Assembly: GCA_944389515.1 (NCBI GenBank)
Contig: CALXMQ010000001.1
Span: 135,079 to 199,078 of the forward strand
DNA from: an uncultured Alphaproteobacteria bacterium
GTDB lineage: Bacteria > Pseudomonadota > Alphaproteobacteria > Rs-D84
Length of the DNA: 64,000 bases
Direction of reading: 5' to 3'
Below the pieces are notes generated by a model. That model was not told where the DNA came from. It worked only from the letters and a program-made list of their open reading frames with translations, and made no database searches. This document shows positions 54,982 to 61,230 of this stretch, in pieces. How positions within the stretch are numbered: position 1 is the first letter of the stretch; each line of letters starts with the position of its first letter. The position numbers and the translations under genes are program-made.

Positions 54982-55905
54982 TTATTTTTTCAATGGTTCA
55001 ACAGCGTATTCGCCCGGTTGAATTGTCATCATTGAATTTGCGCCGGCCACATCGTCTTCGCCAGTGACGACCGCACGGAATTGCATACCACCCGTGGTAA
55101 ATTCAGTCTTGAATAATGCGTATCCTGTGCCGCCACCGGTGGTTGGACCCTGCATACCCAATGAATAATAGCCACCCAAAATACCGTAATCCAGGTCAAT
55201 GTAATCGATGCTGACCAATAATGAAACATTGCTTAGCCCATCACTGGTCATATTGCATGCAAATTCACGATTTGATAACGTTGCCTGGGAATTGATTGGT
55301 ACAACAATATCCATAATGGTTGGTTCGCATGTGCGCGCAATACCGTTTACCAGAAATTCATACGTCATGCTGACTGTTGCCTTGGACAGACCGGTTGAAA
55401 CATTTACCTGGGATATTGTTGCCTTAGGTATTTTAACCAGCGCATTGGCGATACCACTGCGTACTGGAAATGAAATACCGGATTGCAAACAGTCACGCGA
55501 AAACGGGTCTGCTTCGCAGATATACACGCGAGAGTGCGTATTCATCATGAACATGTTTGCCAAACTGTTGAACAAAAATGTACGTGTAATACGATCGTTC
55601 AGACGTGTACATCCAAAATTACGGCATATAATCATTGGACGATCGGCAAATGTTACACCAGGATGCATAATGGATTCAATTTGACGTGCTTCTTCTATAT
55701 TCAAATCGTAATCCAAACTGTCGGCGCGGTTCATAAATTCTGTTTCTGGAATAAAATTCGGGTCGTCTGGATATGCATAGTATGACTGAACAGGTGTTTC
55801 AGTATAAATTGTTTGAAAATTATCATACACAATTTCTTCGGTCGCAGCAAATGCAGAAAATGCCGCCAGACTTGCAAAAACAGTCGTTAAAATAAATTTT
55901 GCCAT
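54982..55905 (-). CDS. Exported hypothetical protein (307 aa) upstream of the two-component pair
   Basis: Signal peptide 'MAKFILTTVFASLAAFSAFA'. No family recognised. Confidence 0.65.
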   Translation of the reverse strand: MAKFILTTVFASLAAFSAFAATEEIVYDNFQTIYTETPVQSYYAYPDDPNFIPETEFMNRADSLDYDLNIEEARQIESIMHPGVTFADRPMIICRNFGCTRLNDRITRTFLFNSLANMFMMNTHSRVYICEADPFSRDCLQSGISFPVRSGIANALVKIPKATISQVNVSTGLSKATVSMTYEFLVNGIARTCEPTIMDIVVPINSQATLSNREFACNMTSDGLSNVSLLVSIDYIDLDYGILGGYYSLGMQGPTTGGGTGYALFKTEFTTGGMQFRAVVTGEDDVAGANSMMTIQPGEYAVEPLKK

Positions 55906-56038
55906 ATCAACGCCCTTTTTTCTCTCTGATAAATCTTAGAACATTAGTGTCTGTTATGTCAAAACAAAAATTTCTGTTGAAAATTGTGTTTGGTTTGTTT
56001 TATAAGTATTCATAGAAATAATCAAGAAAGGCGAAAAA

Positions 56039-56698
56039 ATGGTTGATATTATGATTTCTGGGGATGCCGGCAAATTGCATGCGGTATATCATAAATCTGA
56101 TACGCCGGCTGCACCGTTGGCAGTTGTATTGGCAGGAAATCCACGTCAGAAATATCATATGAACGATCGTGTTGCGTATGCGATGTTTCGTGCGTTTATG
56201 GATGCTGGGTTTTCTGTTGTCCGTTTTAATTATCGTGGTGTCAATAATTCCGAAGGTGCAATCGGAACCACGTCTGAAAACATGTTGGATATCGCAACGG
56301 TGATTGATTGGATTCAAAATAAAAATGAAGACAGTGACCGTATATGGTTGGCTGGTAACCAGTTGGGCGCATGGTACGTGTTACAGGCAATGATGCGTCG
56401 ACCCGAAGTATCGGGATTTGCGTTGGTGTCCCCTGACCCGGCGGTGTCTGATTTTGCGTTTTTGTCGCCGCGGCCAAATCGGGGATTATTATTGCAAGGT
56501 GCGGCAGAATCTGATGATGCCAAGGCGTTCGCAACCCATTTGACACAAATTTTGAAAAAGCAGGCACAAATAGATTTAGAAACAATTCGTATTAAAAATG
56601 CTGATGAACGGTATTCTCAGCCGGCTGATTTACGTCAGATGTACAATGACTTAAAGGCGTATGTTGGACGTGAAAACGAAGATAACAAATTGTTGTAA
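56039..56698 (+). CDS. Alpha/beta-hydrolase-fold protein (COG2945-like) lacking the nucleophile serine
   Basis: '[14 protein letters not shown]', '[13 protein letters not shown]'. The nucleophile elbow reads '[11 protein letters not shown]' (Gln where Ser is expected). Confidence 0.7.
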   Translation: MVDIMISGDAGKLHAVYHKSDTPAAPLAVVLAGNPRQKYHMNDRVAYAMFRAFMDAGFSVVRFNYRGVNNSEGAIGTTSENMLDIATVIDWIQNKNEDSDRIWLAGNQLGAWYVLQAMMRRPEVSGFALVSPDPAVSDFAFLSPRPNRGLLLQGAAESDDAKAFATHLTQILKKQAQIDLETIRIKNADERYSQPADLRQMYNDLKAYVGRENEDNKLL

Positions 56699-56703
56699 TA
56701 CAC

Positions 56704-57693
56704 ATGCAGAATAAAGACAGATTTTTAGATCCAAATATCCCAGATGAAATGGCGGCTTCTATTCGGCCACATGCGTTGTCGGACTTTATCGGGCATGATG
56801 CGTTAAAGCAAAATTTATCTGTGTTTATATCTGGGGCAAAATCCCGTGGCGAGGCGATGGATCATGTTCTGTTGTATGGACCACCGGGATTGGGCAAGAC
56901 GACTTTGGCGCATATTGTTGCAAATGAATTGGGAACAAATTTTCGTGCAACGGCGGCGCCAATGTTGACTAAACAGGGTGATTTGGCGGCAATATTGACG
57001 TCTTTGGAACCGATGGATGTGTTGTTTATTGATGAAATTCATCGTTTGCCAACGGCAATAGAAGAAGTTTTATATTCCGCAATGGAAGATTTCAAACTGG
57101 ATATCATGTTGGGCGAAGGACCGTCTGCAAAAAGTGTGCGGATTGATTTACCGCCTTTTACTTTGGTTGGGGCGACCACGCGAACGGGATTGTTGTCAAA
57201 TCCGTTGCGTGACCGGTTTGGCATAGATTTACGGTTATCGTTTTATTCGCCAGATGATTTGGCAAAAATTATCATGCGCAGTGCAAATATATTGGGAACA
57301 CCGATTGATGCCGACGGTGCGCAAATGTTGGCGCGCAGTGCGCGTGGCACACCGCGTATTGCAAATCGATTGTTGAAACGTGCACGTGATTTTGCTGCGG
57401 CGTTGGGGCGTGACGTTATTTCAGCAGATACGATAAAAACAACATTGGTGCAATTACACATAGATGCCAGTGGCTTGGATGAATTAGATCGTGAATACAT
57501 GACGGCCATTGTGCGACATTATGCTGGGGGGCCAGTTGGAATTGAAAATTTGGCGGCGGCATTGTCAGAACCAGCAGATACAATCGAAGATGTCATAGAA
57601 CCTTATTTAATGCAGTTGGGATTTATTCAACGGACACCACGTGGCCGTATTGTAACGGATGCAGGTTATTCGCATTTGGGATTGGTGAAATAA
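56704..57693 (+). CDS. ruvB: Holliday junction branch migration helicase RuvB
   Basis: '[16 protein letters not shown]', Walker A '[11 protein letters not shown]', 'LFIDEIHRL', '[21 protein letters not shown]', '[11 protein letters not shown]'. Confidence 0.96.
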   Translation: MQNKDRFLDPNIPDEMAASIRPHALSDFIGHDALKQNLSVFISGAKSRGEAMDHVLLYGPPGLGKTTLAHIVANELGTNFRATAAPMLTKQGDLAAILTSLEPMDVLFIDEIHRLPTAIEEVLYSAMEDFKLDIMLGEGPSAKSVRIDLPPFTLVGATTRTGLLSNPLRDRFGIDLRLSFYSPDDLAKIIMRSANILGTPIDADGAQMLARSARGTPRIANRLLKRARDFAAALGRDVISADTIKTTLVQLHIDASGLDELDREYMTAIVRHYAGGPVGIENLAAALSEPADTIEDVIEPYLMQLGFIQRTPRGRIVTDAGYSHLGLVK

Positions 57694-57699
57694 TCAGAA

Positions 57700-58311
57700 A
57701 TGAATAAGTTAGTAGATTTCTTTGCAATCGCAGAAAAATTGGAATGCGAATACAGAACAACACGGATGTCTGATGGGGCGCAACAATCTGTGGCGTCGCA
57801 TTCGTGGAATATGATTATAATGGCAATCGCGTTGCAACCGTATTTAACCCAAAGGCCGAATATGGAACGTGTGATGGAAATGTGCGCCCTGCACGATTTA
57901 CCTGAGGCGATTATACATGATGTTCCATTACATAAACAAACACCAGATGTGCGTGCAAAAAAACGTGCCCAGGAATCTGGGGCTGTTTCGCAAATTACGG
58001 ATTTGTTAGGCAATGAAAAAATTCGTAATGTGTTGGACGAATATGAAGAACGCAAATCGTACGAAGCACGATTAGTCAAGGCAATAGATGTTTTGGATGC
58101 GGCGCTGCAACATTTGTGTGCCGCAGATTTGAAATATATCGGTGAATATGATGATAATTTTTATTGGAAATTATTTTTTTCAGATAAATTAGCGTCTGGA
58201 TTTGATTTTGAACCGGTATTGCGGGATGTTTTTGATGAAATTAGGCGTCGGGTGTCTGGACGATTGTTAAAAGAACAAGGTATCGATTCAAGTGTGTTTA
58301 TGGGGAAATAA
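57700..58311 (+). CDS. HD-domain hydrolase (YfbR-like 5'-deoxynucleotidase family)
   Basis: 'SVASHSWNM' and 'ALHDLPEAIIHDVP' metal-binding H...HD motifs, with a downstream 'KAIDVLDA'. Confidence 0.75.
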   Translation: MNKLVDFFAIAEKLECEYRTTRMSDGAQQSVASHSWNMIIMAIALQPYLTQRPNMERVMEMCALHDLPEAIIHDVPLHKQTPDVRAKKRAQESGAVSQITDLLGNEKIRNVLDEYEERKSYEARLVKAIDVLDAALQHLCAADLKYIGEYDDNFYWKLFFSDKLASGFDFEPVLRDVFDEIRRRVSGRLLKEQGIDSSVFMGK

Positions 58312-58313
58312 AA

Positions 58314-58691
58314 ATGAAAACTTATACTTTTCCATTTGCGATTGCGTATGCGGATACTGATGCTGGTGGTATTGCGTATCATGGTCGGTATATTGAAATT
58401 GCAGAACGTGCGCGTATGAATATTTTACGTGGTGTAAAATTCCCGGATGGTGATGTCGGATTTGTTATTCGGGATTTAAGCATACGGTATATTCATCCGC
58501 TGTTTTTGGGTGACGAATTCGTTGTTGAAACAACGGTGACCAAAATGGGTGCGGCATCAATGTCGGTGGAACAAAATTTCGTGAAAGATGGTAAAATTTG
58601 TGCTATACTGTCTGGTACAGCGGCGTATATTGGTGCAAATCTGATGCCAAAGCGTATACCGGAATCTGTTGCGGCGCCGTTCAGAGAATAA
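58314..58691 (+). CDS. ybgC: Tol-Pal-associated acyl-CoA thioesterase YbgC (hotdog fold)
   Basis: 'IAYADTDAGGIAYHGRYIEIAERARMNILR'. Position is directly upstream of tolQ. Confidence 0.85.
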   Translation: MKTYTFPFAIAYADTDAGGIAYHGRYIEIAERARMNILRGVKFPDGDVGFVIRDLSIRYIHPLFLGDEFVVETTVTKMGAASMSVEQNFVKDGKICAILSGTAAYIGANLMPKRIPESVAAPFRE

Positions 58692-58719
58692 TTTTATTTT
58701 ACATTAAAGGAAGGAAAAA

Positions 58720-59223
58720 ATGACAAATGCGTTTTCTTTGACCACATTGTTTACTGGCGATTGGATGACGTTGTTTATATCGTTGGTTTTAATTTGTGGC
58801 AGTGTTATATCTTGGGCGGTAATTATTGAAAAAATTCGTCTGTGGCATTATCAAAAGAAACATCCTGTGGGTGTTAAAAATGGCGATAATTTGTCATTGA
58901 TTGCAGATAAACTGATACGGCCGTTTGACAGAAATCTGTGGTTTTTATCCATGGTGTCGTATGTTGCGCCGTTTATCGGATTGTTCGGGACAATTTGGGG
59001 GGTTATGGATTCTTTTGCGTCAATCGGTGTAAATCAATCTGTATCGATTGGTGTTATCGCGCCGGGATTGGCAACTGCGTTGGGAACGACGGCATTGGGG
59101 TTGATTGCTGCGGTGCCGGCCGCCATTGCGTATCAATATTTCAGTAAAAAGTCTGATGATTTGTACGATGTTTTGACCGAACGTGTCAAAGAACTGAAAA
59201 GCGAAGGAAAATCTAAGAAATAA
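58720..59223 (+). CDS. tolQ: TolQ (MotA/TolQ/ExbB proton channel; compact 167-aa form)
   Basis: 'VAPFIGLFGTIWGVMDSF' and 'IAPGLATALGTTALGLIAAVPAAIAYQYF'. Confidence 0.88.
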   Translation: MTNAFSLTTLFTGDWMTLFISLVLICGSVISWAVIIEKIRLWHYQKKHPVGVKNGDNLSLIADKLIRPFDRNLWFLSMVSYVAPFIGLFGTIWGVMDSFASIGVNQSVSIGVIAPGLATALGTTALGLIAAVPAAIAYQYFSKKSDDLYDVLTERVKELKSEGKSKK

Positions 59224-59238
59224 TCGGGGGCGCGTAAA

Positions 59239-59646
59239 ATGACACGCAGAAGATACAGAAACACAGATGCCAATATATCGCTGACGCCGATGATTGATAT
59301 TATGACGGTATTGTTGGCGGTATTTATGGTTACAACGCCGATGTTGACCACAGGAATTGATTTGAATTTGCCACGTGCTGGTAATTCTGCGTTGTCTGGT
59401 AATGACCATGCAATACAAATCAGTGTGGATGCCAATGGGCGTTATTATGTTGGAAAAACAGAATTGTCACGTGATGATGCGGTGGCGCGTGTTATCGCGA
59501 TGCGTGGGGAAAATCCTGATTTAACGATAATGATAAATGGTGATACGGCGGCGGATTATGGTGCTGTTATGTCAATTATGGGTAAATTAAAAGACGCTGG
59601 GTTTCAACGTGTTGGGTTGCGCACTCAATTAGATTCAGGACAATAA
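59239..59646 (+). CDS. tolR: TolR (ExbD/TolR family)
   Basis: 'ISLTPMIDIMTVLLAVFMVTTPM' with the conserved Asp in the TM. C-terminal 'INGDTAADYGAVMSIMGKLKDAGFQRVGL'. Confidence 0.88.
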   Translation: MTRRRYRNTDANISLTPMIDIMTVLLAVFMVTTPMLTTGIDLNLPRAGNSALSGNDHAIQISVDANGRYYVGKTELSRDDAVARVIAMRGENPDLTIMINGDTAADYGAVMSIMGKLKDAGFQRVGLRTQLDSGQ

Positions 59647-59649
59647 TAA

Positions 59650-60441
59650 ATGAATTTTGGTGACCGATTTTCATCAGAAAACCTGTTGATGTCTGTTTGT
59701 GGACATTTGGCGTTGGCGGCAATAATGGTGACGTCGTTTGTCGTGGTTGTTGATCGTGCAATGATGGTTGCGCCCGACAGAATAGAAATATTGGAAATTG
59801 ACTTGGATTCTGTTCGGGTCAGTGGTGATGAAACAATTTTGCATAATGTCAATGCAGATGCAGAAATAAGTCCCATGGAACCCGAACCAGAACCGATTGC
59901 GGACGCGCCCGGGGCGGAAACATCAGTGCCCCCAGAACCTGATGTGGATGTGGAACCAGAACCTATTATTGCGCCCAGTTTGGCTGATGACGCATCGGCG
60001 ATCCCAGAAATACCAGAACCAGTTGTAAACCCGGTGGCATCAGAAGATGCATCAGTATCAACAGAAAAGCCGAAAAAGAAAAAAACGGTTGTTCGTGTAA
60101 ATCGTGAAGTTGTGTCATTGGACAGAACATTGACGGTATCTGTGGTTGATGCGTTGCGTGTTGCGATGACGCGGTGTTGGACGATTGATACAGACCGGCC
60201 AGATATTGATAATATTCGTGCGGTTGCGCATTTAACAATGCGGCGCAATGGTACTGTGCGTGATGTTTGGTTTGAATCTGCGGCGCGTGCGGAAACAGAC
60301 GCGGCATTTGCATATGTTTTGGATACAATTCGCAGCGCGATAAATGTATGTCAACCGTTCAAAATGTTACCGGCAAATGAATTTGATAAATGGGAAAAAA
60401 TTCAACTGACTTTTTATCCCACCCAGGGCAAGGTTATGTAA
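59650..60441 (+). CDS. tolA: TolA-like protein (N-terminal anchor, P/E-rich linker, TonB/TolA C-terminal fold)
   Basis: Anchor 'VCGHLALAAIMVTSFVVVV', 'PEPEPIADAPG...PEPDVDVEPEPI' linker, C-terminal 'RCWTID...NGTVRDVWFES...PFKMLP'. Position is after tolQR. Confidence 0.75.
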   Translation: MNFGDRFSSENLLMSVCGHLALAAIMVTSFVVVVDRAMMVAPDRIEILEIDLDSVRVSGDETILHNVNADAEISPMEPEPEPIADAPGAETSVPPEPDVDVEPEPIIAPSLADDASAIPEIPEPVVNPVASEDASVSTEKPKKKKTVVRVNREVVSLDRTLTVSVVDALRVAMTRCWTIDTDRPDIDNIRAVAHLTMRRNGTVRDVWFESAARAETDAAFAYVLDTIRSAINVCQPFKMLPANEFDKWEKIQLTFYPTQGKVM

Positions 60442-60468
60442 AAAACGGGGCGTGTGCCCTGCTTTTTA
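60441..60468 (+). terminator. Terminator after tolA
   Basis: 'aaaaacggggcgtgtgccctgcttttt'. Confidence 0.6.
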
Positions 60469-60546
60469 TAGGGTGCAGATATCGTCCGCGTATATGCGCG
60501 GTATTTTTTTATTTTCTGGATTGTTGGTTTTTACACAGACCACCCC

Positions 60547-60599
60547 GGCGGCAATAATCCCCCACGAAAATTGCATTTTCGTGGGGGGATTGTGCCGCC
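60547..60599. repeat. Long imperfect inverted repeat (hairpin of ~25 bp arms)
   Basis: 'ggcggcaataatcccccacgaaaat tgc attttcgtggggggattgtgccgcc'. Confidence 0.8.
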
Positions 60600-60623
60600 A
60601 CCCCTCCGCAGAGGGGAACTTTA

Positions 60624-60690
60624 CTCTGCGGCAAAGTATATAAGTCAGTTTACCCCATAGGGGGCTGTGCTCTGCGGCAAGTATATAAGT
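60624..60690 (+). repeat. Two direct copies of 'ctctgcggcaa(a)gtatataagt' (60624-60645 and 60670-60690)
   Basis: Read directly. The 'ccgcagag' at 60606-60613 is complementary to the 5' part of both copies. Confidence 0.8.
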
Positions 60691-60730
60691 GATGTTTGCG
60701 CAATAATGCTTGAAATATGGTTGTTAAAAC

Positions 60731-60757
60731 AAAAAATCCCACACATGGTGGGATTTT
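60731..60757 (-). terminator. Terminator of rnpB
   Basis: The minus strand reads 'aaaatcccaccatgtgtgggatttttt', immediately after the P1 3' strand. Confidence 0.85.
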
Positions 60758-61104
60758 ACAGATAAACGATAAGCCGGATTCTGTTCTGCCCCAGGCCAGT
60801 CGTTTCCAACCATCCCGGGGTAGCGAGCATAATCAATCTGCATATTATGTTGCCATGATATGTCAAGCCCTCTACCCGTTCCCATGTCTGGGACGCACTG
60901 TTGGGAACCTATTTGAGGTTGCTGCACATAGAGATTGCCCGTTTCACCCGATGTTTTTCAATCGATTCGTCACTGTTGCTCTAATCGTCGGGTCACCCCG
61001 CCCGGTAATTAGCCGGTATGCTGTCCCATGCAGTCCGGACTTTCCTCCATATCCCCAGTTTTGACAATGCATTATGGGGGTACGGCTATGCTCTGTTTAT
61101 CTGT
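60758..61104 (-). ncRNA. rnpB: RNase P RNA (bacterial type A), ~347 nt
   Basis: The reverse complement carries 'GGAGGAAAGTCCGGAC' (61048-61033) and 'ACAGAATCCGGCTTATCG' (60784-60767). The P1 helix pairs 5' ACAGATAAAC (61104-) with GTTTATCTGT-3' (-60758). A terminator follows. Confidence 0.92.
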
Positions 61105-61158
61105 GGGGGTAATTTTATCATTGATTTTACGTTTTGCAAATAAAATCGGATTTTTTGC

Positions 61159-61188
61159 TTGCAACGGATGCCCCATTTTTCATAAAAT
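61159..61188 (+). promoter_or_regulatory. Putative sigma70-type promoter of the giant Cys-rich gene
   Basis: TTGCAA (61159-61164), 17-18 nt spacer, ATAAAAT (61182-61188). A purine-rich leader with AGGAAGAG precedes ATG 61231. Confidence 0.3.
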
Positions 61189-61230
61189 AATACGTAAAAG
61201 AGAAAAAGAAGTAGAAGTAGGAAGAGATCT

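Noticed and set aside
60717-61064. 115-aa plus-strand ORF and 60724..60927 minus-strand ORF
   Set aside because: They lie within the RNase P RNA gene, whose CR-I and CR-V motifs and P1 helix are unambiguous on the minus strand.
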